The notes under the pieces were generated by a model. It had not been told where the DNA came from. It ran no database searches and saw only the letters and a list, made by a program, of their open reading frames with translations. Shown piece by piece: positions 1 to 10,841 of a DNA stretch of 64,000 nucleotides. A program made the position numbers and the translations under genes. The number at the start of each line of letters is the position of its first letter. The stretch's first letter is position 1. The stretch is from Thermodesulfobacteriota bacterium (GTDB taxonomy: Bacteria > Desulfobacterota_D > UBA1144 > Nemesobacterales > UBA2774), in contig OZ244197.1 of the NCBI GenBank assembly GCA_965216785.1, positions 1,120,001-1,184,000 of the forward strand, given 5' to 3'.

Positions 1-256
1 CAATGTATCCTGCAATCGAGGTCGGTGAAAAAAGGCTTATGAGAAGCGCGTAAACAAAGGCGATGAGAATTCCCGCAATGAAGTGGATGATAAGCCCCGG
101 TGTGAAAGAGTTGTCATAAGAGCCCGTGAGCATACTGCCGATAGCCCTTATCATGGGGGCGGGAGCAATACCAGAGCGTGTAACAGCCCAGAGCACAATG
201 CTCATTCCCGCAGTCCCTACTATTCCTGCGATAATTGTTGCAATAACGTGATTCAT
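1..256 (-). CDS. Hypothetical membrane protein, partial (runs off the window start)
   Basis: Not in the ORF track. AGGAGG RBS then ATG at 256, reading MNHVIATIIAGIVGTAGMSIVLWAV...GLIIHFIAGILIAFVYALLIS..., hydrophobic and open to position 1. Confidence 0.7.
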   Translation of the reverse strand, partial: MNHVIATIIAGIVGTAGMSIVLWAVTRSGIAPAPMIRAIGSMLTGSYDNSFTPGLIIHFIAGILIAFVYALLISLFSPTSIAGYI

Positions 257-548
257 GGTGCCACCTCCTTAGATGGTATGTGAGACCTTCTATCGTTATA
301 AAGCCCCTGTGTACAGCCATAATCTCGTTACTAACTTGCTATATTCATAGTGTCCGAATGCGCTTCGGGCACAGTCCTTTGTCTTAACTAAATATTCGCC
401 TTAAAATTTTATTCCGCCTATTATTAAGATGATAATGTGAATAGGGGGGTTCTTTCAAGTATTATTTAAGACCAGTGTGATTTCGATTGACATAGTTTTT
501 AATGTATAGATAATAATTCAATCTCATACGTATATTCAGGGGGTTTTA

Positions 549-2261
549 ATGAGTAATAAAAAGAGTTCAAACGGAAAACCTGTTAATTTTAGAAAATTCT
601 CTTCTCTGGTAGTAGAAGGCGCCGACAGAGCGCCCAATCGCTCGATGCTCAGAGCCGTGGGTTTCAAGGACAAGGATTTTAAAAGACCTGTAGTAGGGAT
701 CGCGTCTACCTGGAGTATGGTTACCCCTTGTAATATGCATATAGACAAACTTGCTCGTGACGCCTCTCAAGGGGCAGACAAAGCCGGGGCAAAATCTATA
801 ATATTCAATACTATTACGGTTTCAGACGGAATATCCATGGGTACTTCGGGGATGAGATACTCGCTGGTTTCAAGGGAAGTGATCGCGGATTCAATCGAGA
901 CTGTCGCGGGAGCAGAAGGGTTTGACGGGCTGGTTGCCATTGGCGGGTGTGACAAGAACATGCCCGGTTGCCTTATAGCTATGGCGCGACTTAACCGCCC
1001 ATCGGTATTCGTGTACGGCGGCACTATTATGCCTGGAAATTATAAGGGCCAGGACGTGGATATAGTATCGGTATTTGAAGCTGTGGGCGCTCACGCGAAT
1101 AAAGATATTTCAGACAGAGAGCTTAAGGCAATCGAAACAAGCGCTATTCCCGGACCGGGCTCTTGCGGTGGAATGTACACGGCCAATACTATGGCCTCGG
1201 CGATTGAGGCTCTCGGGATGAGCCTCCCTAACAGTTCTGCGCAGGCCGCAATTTCCAGAGACAAGGAAAAAGACTGTAGGGACGCCGGCGCCGCTGTTAT
1301 GAACCTGCTCAAGAAAAACATCCGTCCAAGCGATATCATGACCAAGAAGGCATTTGAAAACGCAATTACGGTTGTCATTGCGCTCGGGGGCTCGACAAAC
1401 GCGGTGTTACATCTACTCGCAATGGCAAACGCAGTGAACGTAAAGCTTACAATCGATGATTTTACGAGAATCGGTAAGAAGACGCCCGTATTGGCCGATC
1501 TAAAACCGAGCGGCAGATATATGATGGCGGATTTTTGCAAAATCGGCGGCATCACGCCTCTACTCAAAATGCTTTTACGCGCAGGCCTCCTGCACGGCGA
1601 CTGTCTTACTGTTACGGGTAAAACAGTTAGAGAAAACTTGAGAACCGCGGGCTCATATCCCAAAGGACAGGACCTGGTGCACTCGCTTAAAAAACCGATT
1701 AAAGAAGATAGTCATATTGTTATTCTAAGAGGTAACCTTGCCCAGGAGGGCGCCGTCGCAAAGATCTCAGGCCACGAGGGCCACTCGTTTACGGGGAGAG
1801 CCATAGTGTTTGATTCCGAGGAATCCTGTCTTAAAGCGATACTTGGCGGAAGGGTGAAGGCGGGTCATGTAATTGTAATTCGCTACGAAGGGCCCAAGGG
1901 CGGGCCTGGAATGAGGGAGATGCTGGCCCCTACTTCGGCTGTTATGGGTAAGGGACTAGGAAACGACGTCGCGTTAATTACGGATGGGCGCTTTTCCGGC
2001 GGCACACACGGGTTTGTCGTGGGTCATATTACTCCTGAAGCGTTTGACGGCGGCGTGATTGCCGTAGTCAAAAACGGGGATGAAATTACAATCGACGCTA
2101 ATAAGCGGGAAATCAGCCTTAAAGTATCAAAAGCGGAAATAAAGAAAAGGCTTTCCGCATGGAAAAAACCAAAGCCAAAAGAAAAGCGGGGCGTCCTGGC
2201 TAAGTACGCAAGGCTGGTATCTTCTGCCTCGGAAGGGGCGGTTACCGACAGAGGGGATTAA
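549..2261 (+). CDS. ilvD: Dihydroxy-acid dehydratase
   Basis: 570 aa with [55 protein letters not shown]. Confidence 0.97.
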   Translation: MSNKKSSNGKPVNFRKFSSLVVEGADRAPNRSMLRAVGFKDKDFKRPVVGIASTWSMVTPCNMHIDKLARDASQGADKAGAKSIIFNTITVSDGISMGTSGMRYSLVSREVIADSIETVAGAEGFDGLVAIGGCDKNMPGCLIAMARLNRPSVFVYGGTIMPGNYKGQDVDIVSVFEAVGAHANKDISDRELKAIETSAIPGPGSCGGMYTANTMASAIEALGMSLPNSSAQAAISRDKEKDCRDAGAAVMNLLKKNIRPSDIMTKKAFENAITVVIALGGSTNAVLHLLAMANAVNVKLTIDDFTRIGKKTPVLADLKPSGRYMMADFCKIGGITPLLKMLLRAGLLHGDCLTVTGKTVRENLRTAGSYPKGQDLVHSLKKPIKEDSHIVILRGNLAQEGAVAKISGHEGHSFTGRAIVFDSEESCLKAILGGRVKAGHVIVIRYEGPKGGPGMREMLAPTSAVMGKGLGNDVALITDGRFSGGTHGFVVGHITPEAFDGGVIAVVKNGDEITIDANKREISLKVSKAEIKKRLSAWKKPKPKEKRGVLAKYARLVSSASEGAVTDRGD

Positions 2262-2281
2262 TCCGTCAGCGGCACAAGGGT

Positions 2282-2638
2282 TCATATTTTAGCTCGTAGA
2301 TTTAAATATTCCCTAAGAGCGGCTGAGTTGTTATAAGTTTCTTCCTTTGATGCGAATACGAAGGTGACTGTCTCGTTACCGGGTATCTCGAGTATAGGCT
2401 TTAGTGCTTCGGGGTTTGCGTCAAGCTCTGCGAAGTAACGCTTCTTAAACTCTTCCCATTTTGAAGGATCGTGGTCAAACCACTTTCTGAGCCCGGTTGA
2501 CGGTGCTGCTTCTTTCACCCATAGGTCTACACACGCTTTGTCTTTCGACAGGCCTCTGGGCCATAGCCTCTCTACGAGCACCCTCTTGCCGTCACTTGTT
2601 TGTGGTTCTTCATAGACTCGTTTTAGCTTAATTGGCAT
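2282..2638 (-). CDS. DUF488 (YeaO-like) family protein
   Basis: IKLKRVYE...DGKRVLVERLWPRG...APSTGLRKWFDHDP. Confidence 0.88.
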   Translation of the reverse strand: MPIKLKRVYEEPQTSDGKRVLVERLWPRGLSKDKACVDLWVKEAAPSTGLRKWFDHDPSKWEEFKKRYFAELDANPEALKPILEIPGNETVTFVFASKEETYNNSAALREYLNLRAKI

Positions 2639-2709
2639 AGTTCTTCTATAGAGATTACCTGAGGTTCTTATACTTCTTGGGAAATGTGACCACCCGCTTC
2701 TATTAAGAA

Positions 2710-5700
2710 CTATTCAAGATTAGCTGTATCAGTGGTGAGCATGAGCTTCCAGTCTTCAATGAACGCGGTGCCTGAATCATCGGTAGCATTTTGAGTGTTC
2801 AGGTGGGAAGTTATATAGTAAAGGCGCTCGATATTGTCCTTTTCGGCCACTCCTACGTTTGCGTCATTAAACCTCTGCTGTAAGTAAAAGGGCGGTATCG
2901 ACTGGTTATAGGCAGTTACTTGGACATGATCCACCTGCGCCAGTGTTGCCGGATCGAGCGTAACGAGATATTCGATTTCATCCGCTCCAGTGAGTGAAGG
3001 GTCCGTGTAGTAGGGGTCGAACTTGGCCTCTCCAGGTATCTCCGCAAGCTCCTTTACAAACGGCGATGGGTTATTAAAGAAGAAAGCGGGGTCAAACCCT
3101 ACCGGCCTTATGCGGTTGTTCTTCAGAGTAAACACGCGCCGTAGGAAACTCGTTGTGATATTGCCGTCCGTATCGGCAACAAGCTCCTGATATATCTGGA
3201 CTTGGTTCTGCTCTGTTATTTGCTGATAGTGCGGCTGGAAAGCCTGCGGGTTCTCAAGTACAAGCTCACTCGGAAGCACCGGGCCGTCAACGCCCTCGAT
3301 AATGGCGCCCACACTATTGGTCAAACCCGAAGCCCACAGTATATTCCCTTCGCTGTCCCTCACTGTGAACTCAAGGAATACGCGCCTGAAGTTAACTCCT
3401 GAAGGAAGGTAGTGGCCTGCGTGATTTGTGACATTTACTACTGCTTGCAGTTTCCCCTCGGGCGTAATCTCGAGCGATTCTATATCGATATCTGCAGTTT
3501 GGTTACGCGCCATCTCTAAAAATGATTCCCTTGCCGTAATTAGCGGCAGCTCGGTCGCTACGCCAGACATAAAGTCGATCTGCCTGCTGCCCAGTATAAG
3601 GGGGAACTCCTGGAACATCTCATTTAAAAATACGTTTAATCCATGCAGTGAATGGCGGGAGTATTCGCTCCGCTCCCTAAGTTTGATTTCACTGTCGGGC
3701 AGGCGATTCTGCACCGGCGGGAGCGTGTCGTCTTCGATATTGGCTATTTTAAACTCTAGCTTCTGTCCATGAAAAGTTTTGGGCATGTGACAGTCCTGGC
3801 AGGTTTGGTTTAATTTTCTGCCGGGCGCGTAGTCGCTGTTGAGCCACTCGAGGTGAGTAGTTTGCTCATAGCTGAACCCGAGCAGGTCTCCCTGGTTAGT
3901 AACTATAGGGAGGAGAATGTTATGGCACGTGCCGCAAAGGTCAGCTTCCTTAACCTGTGCCCCGAACTCAGGGATTATTCCAAGCGCGTTCCACATCGGG
4001 ACTGTGACGACCTCTTCGTACGGGCCGTAAAGCTCATCGGGAGGACCTGTAACAAAGTTCCCCGTGTAGATATTATCGGTGCCGAACCCTTCGCTTACTA
4101 TATGGTGGCAAACCGTGCAGGAGATGCCGTCGCGGGCAAGTGAGCCGTAGCGCTGTAGGTCTGTGTTGTCGGATCCCGGCCACTGTGTTACAGCGTCCGC
4201 GCTCAGCGGGGCGCCTACCGGAACTTGTGGAGGAGGCGCGATACCAAAAAGGTCTATACAGCCCTCGTCGTCCTGGCCCTCAGTGTCGATCTGAAACTGG
4301 CGCTGGCCCATTACACCGTGGCAGTGAAGACAGGTGGTCTGTATGCATATCTTAGGGTCTTCGAGACCGGCAAGCCCTGTCTCGGAAAAGAAGTTTGTCT
4401 CGCTCTCCACCTGTGCGAAGAATATCGGGTCCCTTCCAGCTTGGCCAAGCGGAGAGGCTTTCCATTCGGCGTAAGGAGAAAGGTTATATCTCTTGGTGGT
4501 GTCGTCAGGCTGTTCCTCTGAGAATATCATATTGGGCAGGAATAAATTAAAGAACGTAGCGTCGTGACATCCGATGCACTGATCCGAGGTAAGGAACTGG
4601 TCCGGGCCCTCAGCAAAGGAGACTTGATGGTCATATGTCTCCGCCGGAAGCCTTGTTTCCCAGGCAGTTTCAAAATCTACCGGGGGAATCTGGTCATAGA
4701 ATTCCAAAAATTCCTCAGTCGGCTCTGGAAGGGGATCAGTAAAAGGCACCTCAAAACCCGGGCCCACCAGGCTTTGTAAGAATTCAAGAGCAACCCTCTG
4801 GGGTAGGTGCAAGTCTCCCGTGAAATTTATGCCGATTAGTAATAGCAGATCGGGGCTGTATTGTATAAATTGAGTGCCGGGGGTAATTACATTTACCAGA
4901 GTTGAAAAAGTAGATTCGCTTGTGGCGGAAGCATGGCAGTTAATGCAGAAGTTTCCGTAAGCGTTGTAAGCCCAGGCAACGTTTGGGTTCTTAGTATTGC
5001 CGTCTACCTCCTCATCGCTGATAAACAAGTAACCTGTCGGATACCAGTTAGGATCGCGCTCTATCGGCGGGTTTCCGGTATTAGCAAAAAAACCGGGGTC
5101 TGTTATCGCTGAGGCGTCTAGTATCGGCGGGTTTCCTATTTGCCATAGAGGTGCCGGGTTTTGTGTTGATGCCGCCCTGACACTGCCCTGATACCACCCG
5201 TCAAAAGAAGCGGAATTCTTTTTTATGTAAGTAGTCCAGTTCGTCGGTGTAACGCTTACGGGTATTTCCATACAGCCGTCTTCGTCTGTTAAGATGCCTA
5301 ACGACTCATTAATAGGATGCTGTTCCTTTATTATCATAGCGCCGTCCGGAATCTCTCCCACACGACCGTCGCAAAGCCACTTTATTACTTCAGGGGAATA
5401 GTAGATGCGTACAGCAGAGGAGTGGACCCCGAAGAACTCTCCGAACCCGAATGCTCCAAGATACGGGCCGGTCATCCTCCAGTTGAGGTCGCGGTTCCAG
5501 TCAAGCTCGTTAGCGTATTCAAGGTTTCTGATAAAATCTCTGAACATGAGATCAAATTCGTTTTTCGCCTCTATATCCGAGAGAGGGGGAGGGTTTCTAA
5601 GCTCGGGCGGTGCCGGCTCACCACGGTCTTCATTTGCGTCGCACCACGCGTCTATCTCATCCTGTGAAAGGTTCACAACAGAGCCCGGACACACCCAGTC

Positions 5701-5820
5701 TTGCGGGTTAGGGGGAATAGGACTATCATCCGGGATCGTAGAGTTATTGTTGTTGTCACAACCTAATGTGAAAATGAATAAAATCAGTATAGTTATAAGG
5801 AGCTTGTATGAATTCAGCAT
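2710..5820 (-). CDS. Multiheme cytochrome c lipoprotein with cytochrome P460-like N-terminal domain
   Basis: Lipobox TLGC; six CxxCH motifs (CINCH, CIGCH, CLHCH, CTVCH, CGTCH, CQDCH); PDGAMIIKE P460-like motif. Confidence 0.8.
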   Translation of the reverse strand: MLNSYKLLITILILFIFTLGCDNNNNSTIPDDSPIPPNPQDWVCPGSVVNLSQDEIDAWCDANEDRGEPAPPELRNPPPLSDIEAKNEFDLMFRDFIRNLEYANELDWNRDLNWRMTGPYLGAFGFGEFFGVHSSAVRIYYSPEVIKWLCDGRVGEIPDGAMIIKEQHPINESLGILTDEDGCMEIPVSVTPTNWTTYIKKNSASFDGWYQGSVRAASTQNPAPLWQIGNPPILDASAITDPGFFANTGNPPIERDPNWYPTGYLFISDEEVDGNTKNPNVAWAYNAYGNFCINCHASATSESTFSTLVNVITPGTQFIQYSPDLLLLIGINFTGDLHLPQRVALEFLQSLVGPGFEVPFTDPLPEPTEEFLEFYDQIPPVDFETAWETRLPAETYDHQVSFAEGPDQFLTSDQCIGCHDATFFNLFLPNMIFSEEQPDDTTKRYNLSPYAEWKASPLGQAGRDPIFFAQVESETNFFSETGLAGLEDPKICIQTTCLHCHGVMGQRQFQIDTEGQDDEGCIDLFGIAPPPQVPVGAPLSADAVTQWPGSDNTDLQRYGSLARDGISCTVCHHIVSEGFGTDNIYTGNFVTGPPDELYGPYEEVVTVPMWNALGIIPEFGAQVKEADLCGTCHNILLPIVTNQGDLLGFSYEQTTHLEWLNSDYAPGRKLNQTCQDCHMPKTFHGQKLEFKIANIEDDTLPPVQNRLPDSEIKLRERSEYSRHSLHGLNVFLNEMFQEFPLILGSRQIDFMSGVATELPLITARESFLEMARNQTADIDIESLEITPEGKLQAVVNVTNHAGHYLPSGVNFRRVFLEFTVRDSEGNILWASGLTNSVGAIIEGVDGPVLPSELVLENPQAFQPHYQQITEQNQVQIYQELVADTDGNITTSFLRRVFTLKNNRIRPVGFDPAFFFNNPSPFVKELAEIPGEAKFDPYYTDPSLTGADEIEYLVTLDPATLAQVDHVQVTAYNQSIPPFYLQQRFNDANVGVAEKDNIERLYYITSHLNTQNATDDSGTAFIEDWKLMLTTDTANLE

Positions 5821-6024
5821 AATAACCCTCTCGTTCGTTTAGATATTAAAATGCGCCGGAAGACGCGTTATGTTTTTGCCCCAGCCTTAATCCCTCTTAA
5901 TCTAATCTAATATATACATCTAACTTTTACAACAAAACGCCTGTTCGAATAGTACAGCGGGGTGTTGAATGTGCTTATGATTTATTTATTCGGATTGCGG
6001 GGGGGATAACTTTAAAAGATGGGG

Positions 6025-6339
6025 TTAATCTTCGATGAGTATAAATATATCATCACCCTCGATTTTGAGCTCAAAAGTCTCGACTGCGTCTACAGCGGGG
6101 AGGCAGAGTGCCTCTCCGGTTTCCACATTGAATTCGGCGCTATGGTAGGAGCATGTGAGTGTTTTTCCATCGAGCATGCCGTCTGAGAGCGGCAGTGCTT
6201 GGTGAGTGCACTCGTCTCTGAACGCGTAGTATGTACCCTCTACGTTACACACGGCTATCATATCCGGTCCGACGACAAAAGACTTTATTTCTCCGGGTGA
6301 AATGTCACCCGTCTTTGCTATTTTTTCAAACTCTGACAT
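6025..6339 (-). CDS. Rieske (2Fe-2S) ferredoxin
   Basis: CTH...CSYH Rieske ligand boxes; last gene of the suf cluster. Confidence 0.9.
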   Translation of the reverse strand: MSEFEKIAKTGDISPGEIKSFVVGPDMIAVCNVEGTYYAFRDECTHQALPLSDGMLDGKTLTCSYHSAEFNVETGEALCLPAVDAVETFELKIEGDDIFILIED

Positions 6340-6351
6340 GATTTGAATTAC

Positions 6352-7695
6352 CTACTTATTAGTTTCCAGCTTCCTTTGCAAGAACCAATCCTCAACAAGT
6401 TCGGAGCAGTAATTTTTAACCGACTCTACGCTCATGCTGTCAAGCGTCTCATTTGTAAAAGCGTTAAGAATTATATCGCGGGAGGCTTCCTGGGGGATTC
6501 CTCTTGAGCGAAGATAAAATATCGCGTCCTCGTCTATTTGCCCGATTGTGGCTCCGTGTGTGCATTTAACGTCGTCCGCATATATCTCAAGCTGGGGTTT
6601 TGTGTCGATCTGAGCATTGTCTGAGAGCAGCAGGTTTCGGTTGGTCTGTTTGGCGTCTGTTTTCTGAGCGTCTTCGTGGACCACGATGCGCCCGTGGAAT
6701 ACCCCCCTTGAGCGGCCGTCAAGTACGCCGTTATAGAACTGGCGGGAATCTGAATGAGGGCTTGCGTGCTCGACCTTCATGTAATTGTCCATGTGCTGAC
6801 GCCCCTTGGACATAAAGAGCCCGTTAATTAAAGAGTCGCACCCTTCACCCGCAAGCACGGGGTGAACGTTGTTTCTGACAATAGCTCCGCCAAGGAGTAC
6901 CGAGTGCGATCTGATATTACTGTTCCTACCCTGCTGTGCCCTTAGTGTCGAGACATTAAAAGACTTTTTACTCTCACGTTCGATCAGATAATGTCCGAGC
7001 GTGCTGTTTTCCCCTACAACAAGCTCTGTGACAACATTTGATAAGTACACACTCTCTTCAAGCGATACATACTGCTCTACAATATTTGCTTGAGCGTTTT
7101 CTTCAGCGATTATCAGGTTGCGCGGACTCGTAACACGGGGCTTTTCGGTCGGGGCGGATACATAGAGCAGATGCACCGGGTTTTCAAGGACTGTGCCGCT
7201 TGGAATATAGACAAATCCCCCATCCTCAAAAAACGCGTTATTAAGAGCTGTGAAAGCCTCGTTTTTTATATCCGCATACTTTGCCAAGTGTTCCCGCGCA
7301 AGCTCTTCGTGTTCCCTTAGAGCCTCTGCCAGACTGGATACGATTACACCCTGGGGCAGGCTCTCAGTCCTGGATAATTCCGGCGCGTAGTAGCCGTTAA
7401 TAAATACAAGTGTAGCGTTGGAGCCGTCCTCGAACATGAATTTAGCAATTTCATCCGAAGAGGGTTCTATGTACCCGTTTCGAGAAATTTCAAAAGCTGA
7501 TCTTGCGATCGGGGCTACATTGGTAAAGCGCCAGTCTTCATCCCTGGTTGTAGGGAATCCGAGCTCTGCAAATGTGGAAATGCCTTCTTCACGTATGGAT
7601 TTAAGCCACTGCGGGTCTTCTGATGCTGTTTCATTTAAGAACTTTGAAAATCCGCTCTTATATCCGTCATCTTTTTCTATTAAGGTAATGCTCAT
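6352..7695 (-). CDS. sufD: Fe-S cluster assembly protein SufD
   Basis: AQKTDAKQTNRNLLLS...KPQLEIYADDVKCTHGATIG; follows sufC. Confidence 0.95.
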   Translation of the reverse strand: MSITLIEKDDGYKSGFSKFLNETASEDPQWLKSIREEGISTFAELGFPTTRDEDWRFTNVAPIARSAFEISRNGYIEPSSDEIAKFMFEDGSNATLVFINGYYAPELSRTESLPQGVIVSSLAEALREHEELAREHLAKYADIKNEAFTALNNAFFEDGGFVYIPSGTVLENPVHLLYVSAPTEKPRVTSPRNLIIAEENAQANIVEQYVSLEESVYLSNVVTELVVGENSTLGHYLIERESKKSFNVSTLRAQQGRNSNIRSHSVLLGGAIVRNNVHPVLAGEGCDSLINGLFMSKGRQHMDNYMKVEHASPHSDSRQFYNGVLDGRSRGVFHGRIVVHEDAQKTDAKQTNRNLLLSDNAQIDTKPQLEIYADDVKCTHGATIGQIDEDAIFYLRSRGIPQEASRDIILNAFTNETLDSMSVESVKNYCSELVEDWFLQRKLETNK

Positions 7696-7733
7696 AAGCT
7701 CTGTGTCTCCAAGTGCAGTTATCGTTTAAAGTG

Positions 7734-8498
7734 CTAATCGTTTACAGCCGCTTTTGACTCGTCCTCAATCCATCCGTAACCCTTGTCCTCAAGCTCAAGC
7801 GCAAGCTCTTTTCCGCCTGATTTCACTATCTTTCCGTCAACCAGCACGTGAACATAGTCGGGGACGATGTAATTCAGCAATCTTTGATAGTGAGTGATTA
7901 CAAGAAAGGACCTCTCGGGGCTTCTTAGCGCGTTAACTCCGTCTGAAACGATCTTGAGCGCGTCTATGTCTAGTCCCGAATCGGTCTCGTCAAGAACAGC
8001 GAGCTTGGGCTCGAGTATCTGCATCTGAAATATTTCGTTCCTTTTTTTCTCCCCGCCAGAAAAACCCGCGTTCACAGCGCGTTTCAGCAGGCTGTCATCC
8101 ATATCCATTACCTTCATTTTTTCTTTCGCGAGTCTTCCGAACTCAACGTGTTTTAGGGGCTCTTCTCCCTTGTATTTGCGAATGGAATTGAGCGCTTCGC
8201 GCAAAAGATATGTATTGGCCACACCGGGTATCTCTACCGGGTACTGAAATGCAAGGAATATTCCCTCGCAAGCCCTCTCCTCGGGGGCAAGCTCTAATAG
8301 GTCCTTACCCTGGAAAAGTATTTCGCCCTCAGTTACCTCATATGTGTCACGCCCTGCAAGCACCTGAGCGAGCGTGCTCTTACCCGAGCCGTTAGGGCCC
8401 ATGATGGAATGGACTTCGCCTTTGTTGATTGTGAGATTAAGTCCTTTTATGATTTCCTGATCCTCTACATTTACATGCAGATTCTTTATTTCAAGCAT
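7734..8498 (-). CDS. sufC: Fe-S cluster assembly ATPase SufC
   Basis: [43 protein letters not shown]. Confidence 0.97.
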   Translation of the reverse strand: MLEIKNLHVNVEDQEIIKGLNLTINKGEVHSIMGPNGSGKSTLAQVLAGRDTYEVTEGEILFQGKDLLELAPEERACEGIFLAFQYPVEIPGVANTYLLREALNSIRKYKGEEPLKHVEFGRLAKEKMKVMDMDDSLLKRAVNAGFSGGEKKRNEIFQMQILEPKLAVLDETDSGLDIDALKIVSDGVNALRSPERSFLVITHYQRLLNYIVPDYVHVLVDGKIVKSGGKELALELEDKGYGWIEDESKAAVND

Positions 8499-8552
8499 GT
8501 CATTCTCCTTGACAGTGTTCTCTTGTAATTTAATGAATTTAGGTAGGAATTT

Positions 8553-9989
8553 TTATCCGACGCTACCCTCTAGACTGATGCTCAAGAGCTTTTCAGCCTC
8601 AACCGCAAACTCAAAAGGAAGCTCTTTGAATACATCCTTGCAGAAACCGTTTACGATTAGAGAAACGGCGTCCTCGGCACTGAGACCCCTTTGCTGGCAA
8701 TAAAATAATTGATCTTCTCCGATTTTAGATGTCGATGCTTCATGCTCCATATGAGCCGTTGAATTTTTTACTTCTATGTACGGGAACGTATGAGCCCCGC
8801 ATTTGTCTCCTATTAACATTGAGTCGCACTGCGTGTAGTTTCTGGCGTTAGACGCTTCATGACCGATCTGCACGAGCCCCCGGTAAGTGTTTTGTCCGAG
8901 CCCCGCCGAGATCCCCTTGGATATGATCGTGCTCTTAGTGTTTTTTCCTATGTGTATCATCTTAGTGCCGGTGTCTGCCTGCTGCCGTCTGTTCGTAAGG
9001 GCTACCGAGTAGAATTCTCCGACCGAGTTATCGCCTTCTAGTATGCAGCTTGGGTATTTCCACGTGATAGCGGAGCCTGTCTCGACCTGTGTCCATGAGA
9101 TATGAGAGTTGTTTCCGAGGCATCTACCGCGCTTTGTTACAAAGTTGTAGATGCCGCCTACACCTTCCGCGTTACCGGGATACCAGTTCTGAATGGTCGA
9201 GTATTTAATTGTTGCGTCCTTATGGGCGACGAGCTCTACTACTGCCGCGTGCAGCTGGTTCTCGTCCCTTTTTGGAGCGGTGCAGCCTTCGAGGTAACTA
9301 ACGTAGCTCCCTTCCTCAGCTATTATGAGCGTTCTTTCAAACTGCCCTGTGTTTTCAGCGTTGATCCTGAAGTAGGTCGATAGCTCCATCGGGCACCTTA
9401 CGCCTTTGGGAACATATACGAACGATCCGTCCGTGAATACGGCTGAATTAAGAGCCGCGTAGAAGTTGTCGTCTTGTGGTACTACGAAGCCCATATACTT
9501 CTTTATGAGCTCCGGATGGTTTTCCACAGCTTCAGATATGGAGCAGAATATAACGCCCGCCTCAGCAAGTGTCTCTTTAAAAGTAGTTATAACGGATACG
9601 CTGTCGAACACAGCGTCTACAGCTACGCCGGCAAGCATCTTCTGCTCTTCTAGCGGAATGCCGAGCTTGTCGTAAGCCTCTTTAATTTCAGGGTCAATCT
9701 CGTCAAGACTTTTAGGCCTCTCAATTTTCTTGGGTGCAGCATAGTAGCTTATGTCCTGATAGTCTATCTGCGGGTAGTGAACGTTAGGCCACTTGGGCTC
9801 TTCCATTGTAAGCCAGTGCCGATAGGCTTTGAGTCTCCACTCTAGCATCCATTCGGGTTCATTCTTTTTACTTGATATCAGCTTGATGGTGTCTTCATTT
9901 AGACCCTTAGGGGCGATTTCCTGATCGACGTCGGTCACAAACCCATATTTATATTCCTGTTCGGCTAATTTCTCGAGATCAACGCTCAT
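8553..9989 (-). CDS. sufB: Fe-S cluster assembly protein SufB
   Basis: [42 protein letters not shown]. Confidence 0.97.
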   Translation of the reverse strand: MSVDLEKLAEQEYKYGFVTDVDQEIAPKGLNEDTIKLISSKKNEPEWMLEWRLKAYRHWLTMEEPKWPNVHYPQIDYQDISYYAAPKKIERPKSLDEIDPEIKEAYDKLGIPLEEQKMLAGVAVDAVFDSVSVITTFKETLAEAGVIFCSISEAVENHPELIKKYMGFVVPQDDNFYAALNSAVFTDGSFVYVPKGVRCPMELSTYFRINAENTGQFERTLIIAEEGSYVSYLEGCTAPKRDENQLHAAVVELVAHKDATIKYSTIQNWYPGNAEGVGGIYNFVTKRGRCLGNNSHISWTQVETGSAITWKYPSCILEGDNSVGEFYSVALTNRRQQADTGTKMIHIGKNTKSTIISKGISAGLGQNTYRGLVQIGHEASNARNYTQCDSMLIGDKCGAHTFPYIEVKNSTAHMEHEASTSKIGEDQLFYCQQRGLSAEDAVSLIVNGFCKDVFKELPFEFAVEAEKLLSISLEGSVG

Positions 9990-10103
9990 AACAAATTCTC
10001 CTTGGATAATAACTTATGCTCTATCTAATCAACCCCGGTGTATTTCCCTTAATTTCATACCCATGATACCCAGAGTTCTACGGACATCCATTTCACGTCC
10101 CAC

Positions 10104-10529
10104 CTAGTTTGGGTGGGTAGGCATACTAGCTCCTTTGTTTAGCATGTCCTGAAGAGTCGTATCTTCTAAAATCTTAATCATTGACATCTGTACCTTGTCC
10201 CATACGGGAAGCTGTGCACAGTTGTCGTATAAAACGCAGATATTGTCTTTGTCCATACAGTCTACCATTCTTATTTCACCCTCGATCGCTTCGTAGACAT
10301 CCTTGAGCTTAATTTCATCAGGTGTTTTCCTGAGTACGTATCCGCCATCGGGGCCTACCATTGAACGCACTAACCCCTTTTTTACGAGCCTCCTCATAAT
10401 CTTGGCGAGGTAACTCAGAGGTATGTTCTGGTGTTCCGAGATATCTTTCATGCTATGTCTCAGAACCGGATCATTCCCCATATAAGTTAATGATCTGACT
10501 GCGTAATCTAGTGTTTTTGATACCTGCAT
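10104..10529 (-). CDS. Rrf2-family (IscR-like) transcriptional regulator
   Basis: DYAVRSL...YLAKIMRRL...GPDGGY wHTH; three C-terminal Cys; leads the suf operon. Confidence 0.9.
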   Translation of the reverse strand: MQVSKTLDYAVRSLTYMGNDPVLRHSMKDISEHQNIPLSYLAKIMRRLVKKGLVRSMVGPDGGYVLRKTPDEIKLKDVYEAIEGEIRMVDCMDKDNICVLYDNCAQLPVWDKVQMSMIKILEDTTLQDMLNKGASMPTHPN

Positions 10530-10552
10530 TTTATGATTATACCTAAACTATC

Positions 10553-10624
10553 CTGGATATCTTGCATCCAGAATATACATGTTACTAACTGGTAAAAGTT
10601 ACCAGGCGAGAATATAGGTGTCAA
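10553..10624 (-). promoter_or_regulatory. Putative Rrf2-suf promoter with two palindromic operator candidates
   Basis: Minus-strand TTGACA (10624-10619), N17, TAACTT; palindromes CTGGTAA-AAG-TTACCAG (10589-10605) and CTGGAT-N7-ATCCAG (10553-10571). Confidence 0.55.
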
Positions 10625-10679
10625 ACTCAGTGCTTAAGGGATAAATTTGGGCTAAAATTACAGTATCTTGTGATTTTTT

Positions 10680-10708
10680 TTGACATAACCACATTATCTT
10701 GTTATAAT
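10680..10708 (+). promoter_or_regulatory. Consensus sigma-70 promoter of sodA
   Basis: Perfect TTGACA (10680-10685), N17, TATAAT (10703-10708). Confidence 0.8.
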
Positions 10709-10841
10709 GAGGAAGTTGGCGGCACAAGACGCCGTACTAAAAAAGATTCTATCGGAGTAAGAATTTATTGATATTTCTTTTAAAAATTACCGATAGCGCC
10801 GGTTTTCAATTCAAAAACAATTCAGATCAGGAGGAGATTTA

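Noticed and set aside
83-320. ORF-track ORFs 83..283 (+) and 114..320 (-)
   Set aside because: They overlap the better-supported minus-strand membrane gene starting at 256, which has an AGGAGG RBS
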